A stretch of DNA of 64,000 nucleotides, from the IMG/VR virus record IMGVR_UViG_3300033124_000584, one strand, 5' to 3'. The notes under the pieces were generated by a model. That model was not told the DNA's origin. It made no database searches and saw only the letters and a list, made by a program, of their open reading frames with translations. Each line of letters opens with the position of its first letter. Within the stretch, counting starts at the first letter, position 1. Made by a program: the position numbers and the translations under genes. This DNA is from a virus. This document shows positions 1-7,896 of this stretch, one piece after another.

Positions 1-1886
1 TCAATCAATTCGTCAATGAATAGTGTATTGATAGGAGCATACAAGTTCTCCCAAACATCACGGAAAGCAAAACTCAATCCTAAAATCAATCGATTGCGTT
101 CACCACGACTTAAGTTATCAAAGTCAAGTTCACGACCCAACTCTGTAATTTCAACTTGTAAATCATTCTTAAAGATAACATTATGTGGTAAACCAATCTT
201 ATCTAAGTAATGTGTCAATCGTGCGTTCAAGTAACTTAAGTTTTGGTCAATAATCTTTTTACGAACAAAACTATCTTTACTAGTTAACAAATCAAGCAAA
301 AACTTTTGATGTTCCATTGTCTTTGTTAATTTATTAATTGCTTCAAAGTCAATTGCTTGCAATGCTTGACTTTCCATATCAGCAACTTGTTCTGCATATG
401 GATCTGTTTCTTCCGCTTTGTTTTGAATCTGTTGTAGTATAGCACTTACCTTACCACGATGTTCAACTGCCTCACGTTCAGTATCATAATGAGTAACTGG
501 TTTAGTTCCTAAAACAATAGGTGTTAATTCACTTAGTTGTTCACTAAATGGATTAGACTCTTGTTTTTTGTCTTCCCAAACTTTCTTTAAGTTAGATACA
601 TCACCACCGTGACGAATAGCTTCTGCTTCAGTTTTGTATGATGGAGTGGGTTTAGTACCCAACGCACTAACCAATGATTTATTGATTGATAAACTAGTTT
701 CAAGTTGTAATAATTCGGCTCTAGCACTATCAAGTAGTGTAGTCTTTTCTTTTGTAACTTGCTCATGTTTTTCATCATGGAAGTCTTGACCACAAGCATA
801 ACACTTATGATCTTCTAGTTCTTTAACTTCCCGTTCCAATTTCTCAATTAATTTTTTTTCTTTTGTGATACTTTTGGATTGGGTGTCAATAGCACCTGCA
901 ATAGATTTTTGTTCTGACTCGGTTACTAGCCACTCTTTTAAATCATTCCATAACTTAAGTTCAGAATCAATATCATATTCATTTTTAAGTAAGTATGCTT
1001 TATGTGCTATTGAAACATCGGTATCGTGTTTCTGCTGCCAAGCAGTAGAACGAGCAACCAATGCATTATAAGTATCTTGTTCTTGCTTTTGTTTATTCCA
1101 AACAACTAACTCTTTATGTGCCAACAACTCAGTATCAATATCAATCTTTAATAATTCATCATACTCTAATGCATAATTAGCTAAATCCTCATCGTGTTTC
1201 TTAAGCCATAATGTTTGTCTACGCTTAATGGCATCAATCTGTTCTTTAACACGTTTGTTGGCTTCTTCAATTGCTTTAACTCGAAATTCTTCACTTTGAA
1301 TATTATCCTTGCTATTGCGAATTAATTCTTTAACAACTTCAGCCTTCTCTGATAACAAAGTAATACCCAACAGTTGTTCAATAATATCTTTTTGTTCGTT
1401 ATTCTTTAGTGCTAGAAATGGTGGACTGTATGTGTTTAGCACAACAATATGACGGAACATCTCAGGAGTCATATTCAATACACGCTCAATAGCCGCTTGT
1501 GTTTCCTTATTCTCCCCTTGTTGATCTTCCGAACCTTTTTCTTGTACATTGTTTACATAGAATCTCAGAATGTTTGGCTTACGACAACGCTCAATTTTAT
1601 ATTCAGTGCCATTGACATTGAATTCAAGCGTAACCATCATATTTTTGCCATTAGTACGATTAACTAAGTTATCTTTGCGAATATCATTAATCGGAACACC
1701 AAACAGTGCGTAGCTAAGACCCTGAATAAGGGTAGTTTTACCTGTACCATTACGAGCACCATCACCACCTAAGTCTAAGTTCTCACCTAGAATAAGTGTT
1801 AACTCTTTTTTGTCAAAATCAACTGCTTGTGTTACTGCGCCGATAGATAGAAAGTTTCGTAAAGTTATATTTTTAAGTGTAATCAT
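1..1886 (-). CDS. gp46: Recombination ATPase, T4 gp46 / Rad50-SbcC family (3' end truncated by the window)
   Basis: Absent from the ORF track because it has no in-window stop. Hand translation from ATG 1886: MITLKNITLRNFLSIG...GARNGTGKTT (Walker A), zinc hook CYACG at 792-803, ABC signature LSRGE at about 99-113, Walker B LFIDE at about 9-23. Lies downstream of an Mre11-like gene. Confidence 0.95.
   Translation of the reverse strand, partial: MITLKNITLRNFLSIGAVTQAVDFDKKELTLILGENLDLGGDGARNGTGKTTLIQGLSYALFGVPINDIRKDNLVNRTNGKNMMVTLEFNVNGTEYKIERCRKPNILRFYVNNVQEKGSEDQQGENKETQAAIERVLNMTPEMFRHIVVLNTYSPPFLALKNNEQKDIIEQLLGITLLSEKAEVVKELIRNSKDNIQSEEFRVKAIEEANKRVKEQIDAIKRRQTLWLKKHDEDLANYALEYDELLKIDIDTELLAHKELVVWNKQKQEQDTYNALVARSTAWQQKHDTDVSIAHKAYLLKNEYDIDSELKLWNDLKEWLVTESEQKSIAGAIDTQSKSITKEKKLIEKLEREVKELEDHKCYACGQDFHDEKHEQVTKEKTTLLDSARAELLQLETSLSINKSLVSALGTKPTPSYKTEAEAIRHGGDVSNLKKVWEDKKQESNPFSEQLSELTPIVLGTKPVTHYDTEREAVEHRGKVSAILQQIQNKAEETDPYAEQVADMESQALQAIDFEAINKLTKTMEHQKFLLDLLTSKDSFVRKKIIDQNLSYLNARLTHYLDKIGLPHNVIFKNDLQVEITELGRELDFDNLSRGERNRLILGLSFAFRDVWENLYAPINTLFIDELI
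363..662 (-). repeat. 2 x 50-aa (150-bp) degenerate tandem duplication in the C-terminal coiled-coil arm of gp46
   Basis: LGTKPTPSYKTEAEAIRHGGDVS...NPFSEQ (starts 662) versus LGTKPVTHYDTEREAVEHRGKVS...DPYAEQ (starts 512); period exactly 150 nt. Confidence 0.85.
888..1223 (-). repeat. 2 x 56-aa (168-bp) degenerate tandem duplication in the N-terminal coiled-coil arm of gp46
   Basis: RRQTLWLKKHDED...DIDTEL...W...EQ (starts 1223) versus ARSTAWQQKHDTD...DIDSEL...W...EQ (starts 1055); W6, KHD, D13, Y21, DID, EL, L39, W42 and EQ align without gaps. Confidence 0.85.
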
Positions 1887-2106
1887 AATATCCTAAATTC
1901 TTTGCGTATTCTTTTATTGTTGTTGCTCCGTTTAATCCATCTTCGTCAGTGAACACAGGATTTTCTAAAGTAGTGTATCCGTCATAGCATGAAATAAACC
2001 ATGCAGGATTGCCGTAACTAATACAAGGTGTTGCTTGTGCTATTTGTCGCCCGTCAACAAAAGGTGGCCTATTGATACTCATTAAGTAGTTGCTGACTTT
2101 GTTCAT
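1873..2106 (-). CDS. Small hypothetical protein (77 aa) between gp47 and gp46
   Basis: ORF track. ATGA overlap with the gp47 stop and a 14-nt overlap with the gp46 start suggest translational coupling. No recognisable motif. Confidence 0.6.
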   Translation of the reverse strand: MNKVSNYLMSINRPPFVDGRQIAQATPCISYGNPAWFISCYDGYTTLENPVFTDEDGLNGATTIKEYAKNLGYYDYT

Positions 2107-3119
2107 AGGGTATTGTAAATGTCCAATAGTATTTTCTTATCAAAACTATTTGATTCGATGGCGTTAATTTGGTCGATGATAATTTGGTCTACTGATTCAA
2201 ATCGTAGTCCATCACCGTTCTGACCTTGCTCAACAGCTTCGCCCTTCATTGGAATTAATGTCATTTCTCTTAACTTGTGTTCTGGAATTAATGTTTCTCT
2301 GATAAAGTTAGCTTCCTCATAACTAATATCAATGTCAAGATGTACTCTAACATGACTGTCAATCAAAAGATAGCCTTCTGGGTTTTCTAAAATATCACTT
2401 AGTTTATGTACACGATATATTGGTTGCCTTGGCCAACTATGAAAAACTGGTTCAGTTCCCCATTCTAAAATCATCATACCACGTGCGTCATCACCTGCAT
2501 CAGCATAGTTGTGCGGGAAAGCATTACCAATATACCAAATGTTCTTGCGTGATTGTCGTTTATGAAAGTGACCACTGAATACTTTCTCAAAGCCAGTCAT
2601 ATAATCTTCATTAATCTCACCGTGATCTGGCATCTCAACCATAGCATTCATATAGAAGCGAGGTAATTCTAAATGACCAAACATATATTTGCCACCTAGT
2701 TTTTTTAATTTCTTGTAATCATCTTGTACAAGCCACGGCGCTATGACTACATCTCCTTGTTGGAAAAAGTCGTTAATGATTTTAACGTTCGGTAAATGTT
2801 TAGCCCACTCAACACTATGAATGTCCCTGCGATCACGATAATAAAGATCGTGGTTGCCTGGGATAAAATATACAGTATCAAAGCTACCATTTAATTTCTC
2901 CAATGCTTGTAATCCAAACTGAAGTGTATGGATATTAATGCTTGCACGATGATGATTATAATCACCCAAAAAGAAACATGTTTCACATCCTTCTTTTTTT
3001 GCTTTTTCAATGAACCAATCTACAAAATTGGCACAGTCTTGATTATGTTGTAAGCTGTTTGACTTCAATCCAAAATGAATATCGGTGAACACAGCGGCTT
3101 TTTTAAATAGGTTACTCAT
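2103..3119 (-). CDS. gp47: Recombination nuclease, T4 gp47 / Mre11-SbcD metallophosphoesterase
   Basis: Phosphoesterase motifs DIHFG, GDYNH, GNHD, GHL and GHFH; adjacent to the Rad50-like gene. Confidence 0.95.
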   Translation of the reverse strand: MSNLFKKAAVFTDIHFGLKSNSLQHNQDCANFVDWFIEKAKKEGCETCFFLGDYNHHRASINIHTLQFGLQALEKLNGSFDTVYFIPGNHDLYYRDRRDIHSVEWAKHLPNVKIINDFFQQGDVVIAPWLVQDDYKKLKKLGGKYMFGHLELPRFYMNAMVEMPDHGEINEDYMTGFEKVFSGHFHKRQSRKNIWYIGNAFPHNYADAGDDARGMMILEWGTEPVFHSWPRQPIYRVHKLSDILENPEGYLLIDSHVRVHLDIDISYEEANFIRETLIPEHKLREMTLIPMKGEAVEQGQNGDGLRFESVDQIIIDQINAIESNSFDKKILLDIYNTL

Positions 3120-3125
3120 AGTGTT

Positions 3126-3155
3126 ATTGTATCAAATTGCATAGACAAAGTAAAC
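3126..3155 (-). promoter_or_regulatory. Sigma70-type (T4 early-like) promoter for gp47
   Basis: Minus strand GTTTACT (3155-3149), 17 nt, TACAAT (3131-3126). The ATG at 3119 lies 6 nt after the -10 and has no SD, implying a leaderless mRNA. Confidence 0.6.
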
Positions 3156-3162
3156 AAGTATG

Positions 3163-4227
3163 TTACCCTATCTTGTGAATATATTGGTTATTGTTTTTTC
3201 GTGTTAGATTTAAAAAATTGTGTAGAGTTATGGGCTTAACCATATCAATAAATGTTTCTACCTCTGTATCACTAAAGCTAGACAACCTTTCAACTTCTTT
3301 TAATATCATTTTTAAACGAACAACATCATTTTTTTCAGTATCATAACTTTCATCAATAAAAGGATGAAATGTTTTATACCCTAACTGGTGCAATATCTCT
3401 AAGCTATTTGGTTGTGACATTAATATAAAAGGATGCATATACGCAAAAGGTTTAAACGTTTTCTCAGAAAAGAATCTGCCGGGCCCGTCAAAGAAGAAAG
3501 TTTCACTAGCAACACTAAAATAAGTATTTTGGTATAATTTTAAAGTATCTTCATACGATACATCGGGTAAAATGATTTTATGTCGAGGGGTAAACAGGTC
3601 AGTAGTATCTAAATACATATCCGGTAAGTTACAAATTGATTCCTTATTAGAAACAAATAGTTTATAAAGGTCATCATCTTCTTTTAATAAATTTGAAATT
3701 TTATCAAAAACGCTATGCCAATTTAAATAATCATCTGCTCGACCTAAACTTACTAAACCCTTATCAAGTAAATTCATAGAGTGAAGTAGTCCAACAAAAC
3801 ACGGTCTATGAATTCTCCATCTCCTGTTTAGATTTAAAAAAGATTTATTATATTTTTTCTTTTCTAGTGTTGTCGGGGAATTTATCTTTTTCGCTTGCAT
3901 CGAAATACCTAGTTCCCCTAAGTGTGACCAATAATCAATATTTGGACAATCAACGTTTTCACTAATTAATACTATTTTATTTCTAGGAATTGATAGTTGG
4001 TCAATACGGGCGCTAATGTCAGTATCACCCTCAAATTCATTACAAACCAATAAGAAAAGATTTTCAGTCGAACATATCATTTCCACCACTTCATCTGAAA
4101 TGTTTAAATCAGTGGTGTACCAATAATCATGGTCACTCCAATCATGTACATTCCAGTATGGAGATTGATTATGTACACTATAATATGGAGACTTTTCTAA
4201 AAATTCTTTTCTATTGATAATACTCAT
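3163..4227 (-). CDS. Putative glycosyltransferase (GT10-like / GT-B-type C-terminal motif), paralog of five genes at 50-62 kb
   Basis: FLNLNRRWRIHRP and SVASETFF...FFSEKTFKPFAYMHPFIL...GYKTFHPFIDESYD motifs shared with the downstream paralogs. The E...(S/T)EK motif resembles the GT10 fucosyltransferase motif. Family assignment is by eye. Confidence 0.55.
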   Translation of the reverse strand: MSIINRKEFLEKSPYYSVHNQSPYWNVHDWSDHDYWYTTDLNISDEVVEMICSTENLFLLVCNEFEGDTDISARIDQLSIPRNKIVLISENVDCPNIDYWSHLGELGISMQAKKINSPTTLEKKKYNKSFLNLNRRWRIHRPCFVGLLHSMNLLDKGLVSLGRADDYLNWHSVFDKISNLLKEDDDLYKLFVSNKESICNLPDMYLDTTDLFTPRHKIILPDVSYEDTLKLYQNTYFSVASETFFFDGPGRFFSEKTFKPFAYMHPFILMSQPNSLEILHQLGYKTFHPFIDESYDTEKNDVVRLKMILKEVERLSSFSDTEVETFIDMVKPITLHNFLNLTRKNNNQYIHKIG

Positions 4228-5133
4228 TTATTCTTCGTATATTGTAGAACTTGATCCAGAACCCTGTCTAGACCAACTTGGGTTTAATCCATTAATTTCT
4301 AAAATATCATCTCTAATATTTTGATTGCGCTTTTCTGTATTTAATACACGGCAAAAACTATTTGTTATAGCGGCTGTGTAGTAAGCGAATGGGTTTGCTG
4401 ATTTAGATTCATTAAATCGTAAGCCAACATATGTTAACTGCAATATAGCTGAGTTACGCATTTCGTCATTATATGTATATCCACGCCAATTATATTTCAT
4501 TGCATATTTTTCACACATCATAATATACATACGGGCAAGTTTGTTTGTGATTGTACCGTGATCTTTATTGAATGATCCGGTTTCTAAATCACCTTCCCAA
4601 TGACTCTTGCCTACACAATAGAATGTGTTATTTGAATCAATCTTGTAATGTTGGAACGGAGGAAAATTCACTTTAACATGAACCATATCATCTACTTCGG
4701 CTTTGGTCGTATTATCTTCTAAGTCAGCAAAGATTGCGTCTGGATCTTCTTCATCAAATTCAAATATATCCTTTGCTGTTTTCTTTTTAACTGTTTTGCG
4801 AGGTTGTTTTGGGGCAACCGGAACATGATCCCAGGTCATTACACGAAATACTAAATCTTTAACATCTATTGATTCTGGAGTAACTGCATCTTTTGACCCC
4901 TGTTCTAAACTAAGACGTAATGCACGTGTTTCTTTTGCTTGCTGAATAGTTTCTGGTTTGAAAGCATATTCTAAACTCTCCTCAATACTTGATTGGGGCA
5001 TATCTACAATGAAGTCATAGCGATGATAGCTAGGATCTGTGAAGTAGCAATATGCGTTTTTACTTTCGTGTATCTCTTTTAAAATGTCTTTATTGTTCAA
5101 ATAGTTGACAGGTTTTCTTGATGGTAGGGACAT
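4228..5133 (-). CDS. gp55: Late-transcription sigma factor, T4 gp55-like, with a large internal insertion
   Basis: N-terminal NYLNNKDILKEI and C-terminal NWRGYTYNDEM...FNESKSANPFAYYTAAITNSFCRVLNTEKR match gp55-family motifs; synteny with gp47/gp46; SD GGAG upstream. Confidence 0.85.
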   Translation of the reverse strand: MSLPSRKPVNYLNNKDILKEIHESKNAYCYFTDPSYHRYDFIVDMPQSSIEESLEYAFKPETIQQAKETRALRLSLEQGSKDAVTPESIDVKDLVFRVMTWDHVPVAPKQPRKTVKKKTAKDIFEFDEEDPDAIFADLEDNTTKAEVDDMVHVKVNFPPFQHYKIDSNNTFYCVGKSHWEGDLETGSFNKDHGTITNKLARMYIMMCEKYAMKYNWRGYTYNDEMRNSAILQLTYVGLRFNESKSANPFAYYTAAITNSFCRVLNTEKRNQNIRDDILEINGLNPSWSRQGSGSSSTIYEE

Positions 5134-5158
5134 AGTTCTCCGTTATTATGTTGTAGTG

Positions 5159-5187
5159 ATTATAGCATGGGTGTTGCTGAAAAGCAA
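5159..5187 (-). promoter_or_regulatory. Sigma70-type promoter for the gp55 operon
   Basis: Minus strand TTGCTT (5187-5182), 17 nt, TATAAT (5164-5159), upstream of SD GGAG and ATG 5133. Confidence 0.7.
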
Positions 5188-5230
5188 CGATTTTTTGATG
5201 AAAAGGGTAAAAACAGCACTTTTATTTAAC

Positions 5231-5238
5231 GATAAATA
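5231..5238 (+). promoter_or_regulatory. Putative late promoter GATAAATA heading the structural block
   Basis: Variant of the T4 late consensus TATAAATA; the same octamer recurs at 14259, 37084 and 37873, each just upstream of a structural gene. Confidence 0.6.
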
Positions 5239-5260
5239 TAAGCAAGGATATTCATATATT

Positions 5261-7585
5261 ATGGCAACTACACCAATTCCCTATTCTAATTTGACAGCCG
5301 ACCAAAAAATACAATATGCAAAAAATGTTGCTATGTCAAACTACGGGGTTACACAACCAAATACCACGCAAATTAATGATGAAAAATTGAATAATCTAGT
5401 AAATATTCTAAAATCGGATCTTCAGCAGTTTAAACAATCATCATCTGGTATATCTCCTACTGAAGATATTCCGTTATCATCATTACCTGCTAGTTTACAA
5501 CAATATGTTTCACCCCCTAATGTTGTTCCTCCTACTACTATTACTATTAATGATATTGTTGGGCTTGAAACAGGGGTATTATCATCACTTAACGAACTAC
5601 AGACAAATCCAGCAACACTGCCAGCGGCTGGGGCGAGTGTATCCCCGCAGAGTGTGCCGCCGGCTGCACCAATCCCTCCGCTAGCGAGAAATACTACACC
5701 AACTACGATAACAGCGCCGGCCGAGCCTGCGCCGGCTTTAGCGAGAAATACTACATCAGCTACGATAACAGCGCCGGCCGAGCCAGCGCCGGCTTTAGCG
5801 AGAAATACTACATCAGCTACGATAACAGCACCGGCGGCGCCTGCGCCGGCTGTATTAAGAAACACTACACCAGCGACTATAACGGCATCAGCCCTTCCCG
5901 CACCAAACTTACCAAGAAATACTACTCCAGTACCCACAACAGCACCGTCGACTAATCCATCAAGTTCAATAATTTCTAATATATTAACTGCGGCAACAGT
6001 GATAGGAGGCGGAGCAATAGTGCTTAATGCACTAAACAATAGAGTACAAAATTCAACACCAACATCTGTTACAAATATTGATGAGTTTACCGGAATAGAT
6101 GAGAGAATAGAAGATCAAATAGAAATTAATGATGGAACATTGGGATTTGATGAACTAGGAGAACGAATAGAAGATCAAATAGAAATTGATGATGGAACAT
6201 TAGCATTTTCTGAATTAGATGAACGAATAGAAGATCAAATAGAAATTGATGATGGAACATTGGTATTTGATGAACTAGGAGAACGAATAGAAGATCAAAT
6301 AGAAATTGATGATGGAACATTGGGATTAGACGCCGCGCAAGATGAAACTATAAAAGAACAAAAAATACCTGATGAGTTTGATGGGATAGATGAACAAATT
6401 GCCAATAACGAAAATGCATTAAATGAACCATTACAAGAACCACCTGCTACTGAAGTAGATGAATTTACTGGAATAGACGAACAAGTAGAAAGACAACGAC
6501 AGTTAGAAGATGGATCATTAGAATTTGCAGGCATAGATGAACAAATTGCCGATAACGAAAATGCATTACAAGAACCTCCTCAATTATCAGATGAAGAAGT
6601 TGATGCATATCTGCAAACAGCCGGACAGCAAGATGAAACAATAACTTCACCTGACTCAATTACAGAAAATGTTTTTGATCCTTCAGGTAATAACGGTGCT
6701 TCAGTAGAAGAAAATGTTTTTGACCCTACAGGTAATAATGGTGCACCTGCATCTCGAGGACTATCAACTACGTTAAGAGATACACAAGGTCAGGCAACAA
6801 GCCAAGATGTAGCAAACTTTCAAGCAAAACCAGATTGGCGTGTACGATTAAGTTTGGCACCCGGGGCAACATATCTGTATAAAGATAAAGCCGCCGCCGG
6901 TATTTTAGCACCCTTAGCCGCAACAGATGGGGTTATATTCCCATATACTCCTGCTATATCTGTTCAATATGCCGCAAGCTACGATCCAACAGAATTAACA
7001 CATAGTAACTATAAGTTTTTTACTTATAGAGGAAGCTCAGTGGATAGTATAAGCATTACGTGTGATTTTACAGCACAGGATACGTTTGAAGCAAATTACT
7101 TATTAGCAGTAATTCATTTCTTTAGAAGTGTAACTAAGATGTTTTATGGACAGGATCAAAATCCAAAGATTGGAACACCTCCCCCATTATGTTATTTGAG
7201 TGGCTTAGGCGCATTTCAATTTGACGCACACCCATTAGCAATCACATCATTTAATTATACGCTACCAACAGATGTGGACTATATACGAGCAGGGGCTACA
7301 CCTACACAAGCAGGTATTACAAGGCCGGGACCAAAAGATAATAGTTTTAGTAGTTCAACGGTTAGAATGGGCGACTTGCAACCAGGCGGCGGCACGGCCC
7401 CTGCACAATTTAATACTCCACCCGGTTCAAGAGATGTAACATATGTACCAACAAAAATGTCAATATCAATATCAGCAGTACCAATCGTAACACGCAATGA
7501 TATTAGTAATAAGTTTAGTTTGAAAGAATATGGTACAGGTAAATTGTTAAGAGGAACACAACGTCAAGGCGGAGGAATTTGGTAA
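5261..7585 (+). CDS. Baseplate/tail-tube-initiator-like protein with a long repetitive N-terminal extension
   Basis: ORF track gives 5105 (TTG, overlapping gp55); ATG 5261 after GATAAATA is more plausible. The C-terminal about 250 aa (DWRVRLSL...GVIFPYTP...THSNY...FTAQD...PPPLCYLSGLG...FNYTLPTDVDY) resembles the tube-fold proteins of contractile systems. The N-terminal part is Pro/Ala/Thr-rich, then acidic. Confidence 0.6.
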   Translation: MATTPIPYSNLTADQKIQYAKNVAMSNYGVTQPNTTQINDEKLNNLVNILKSDLQQFKQSSSGISPTEDIPLSSLPASLQQYVSPPNVVPPTTITINDIVGLETGVLSSLNELQTNPATLPAAGASVSPQSVPPAAPIPPLARNTTPTTITAPAEPAPALARNTTSATITAPAEPAPALARNTTSATITAPAAPAPAVLRNTTPATITASALPAPNLPRNTTPVPTTAPSTNPSSSIISNILTAATVIGGGAIVLNALNNRVQNSTPTSVTNIDEFTGIDERIEDQIEINDGTLGFDELGERIEDQIEIDDGTLAFSELDERIEDQIEIDDGTLVFDELGERIEDQIEIDDGTLGLDAAQDETIKEQKIPDEFDGIDEQIANNENALNEPLQEPPATEVDEFTGIDEQVERQRQLEDGSLEFAGIDEQIADNENALQEPPQLSDEEVDAYLQTAGQQDETITSPDSITENVFDPSGNNGASVEENVFDPTGNNGAPASRGLSTTLRDTQGQATSQDVANFQAKPDWRVRLSLAPGATYLYKDKAAAGILAPLAATDGVIFPYTPAISVQYAASYDPTELTHSNYKFFTYRGSSVDSISITCDFTAQDTFEANYLLAVIHFFRSVTKMFYGQDQNPKIGTPPPLCYLSGLGAFQFDAHPLAITSFNYTLPTDVDYIRAGATPTQAGITRPGPKDNSFSSSTVRMGDLQPGGGTAPAQFNTPPGSRDVTYVPTKMSISISAVPIVTRNDISNKFSLKEYGTGKLLRGTQRQGGGIW
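5666..5945 (+). repeat. About 5 x 57-bp in-frame tandem repeat (PAPALARNTTSATITAPAE)
   Basis: gcgagaaatactac recurs at 5684, 5741 and 5798 (57-nt period), with two further degenerate copies; GC-rich relative to its surroundings. Confidence 0.9.
6095..6330 (+). repeat. 4 x 60-bp in-frame tandem repeat (ERIEDQIEIDDGTLxFxELx)
   Basis: gaatagaagatcaaatagaaatt recurs at 60-nt intervals (6105, 6165, 6225, 6285). Confidence 0.92.
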
Positions 7586-7896
7586 TGGCAAGTAATAATG
7601 TATACCCAGCAACAAGCCCATACAACACTACGGGTATTGTAAATAATAAATTTTTAGATGTAATGGTCAATAGAACTATCCCTATGCAACCGTCTGATAT
7701 CTATTGGGAAATAACAACTGTATATGAATATAGACCTGATTTGTTAGCATATGACTTATATAGTGATAGTAGACTATGGTGGGTGTTTGCACAAAGAAAC
7801 CCCAATAGATTAAAAGACCCCTATTTTGATTTTGTTGCTGGTGTAGGTATATACATACCTAAATTAGAATTATTAAAACAAACACTGGGAATATAA
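7585..7896 (+). CDS. Baseplate wedge protein, T4 gp53 / LysM-like
   Basis: YEYRPDLLAYDLYSDSRLWWVFAQRN motif; TAATG overlap with the upstream stop and SD GGAGGA at 7571 favour ATG 7585 over 7579. Confidence 0.75.
   Translation: MASNNVYPATSPYNTTGIVNNKFLDVMVNRTIPMQPSDIYWEITTVYEYRPDLLAYDLYSDSRLWWVFAQRNPNRLKDPYFDFVAGVGIYIPKLELLKQTLGI

Noticed and set aside
5105-5260. 52-codon N-terminal extension of the tube-like gene given by the ORF track
   Set aside because: It starts with TTG inside gp55 on the other strand and spans both promoters; ATG 5261 follows the late motif.
6095-6330. 60-bp periodic repeats as a CRISPR array
   Set aside because: Units are contiguous, in frame and lack unique spacers; no cas genes or leader.
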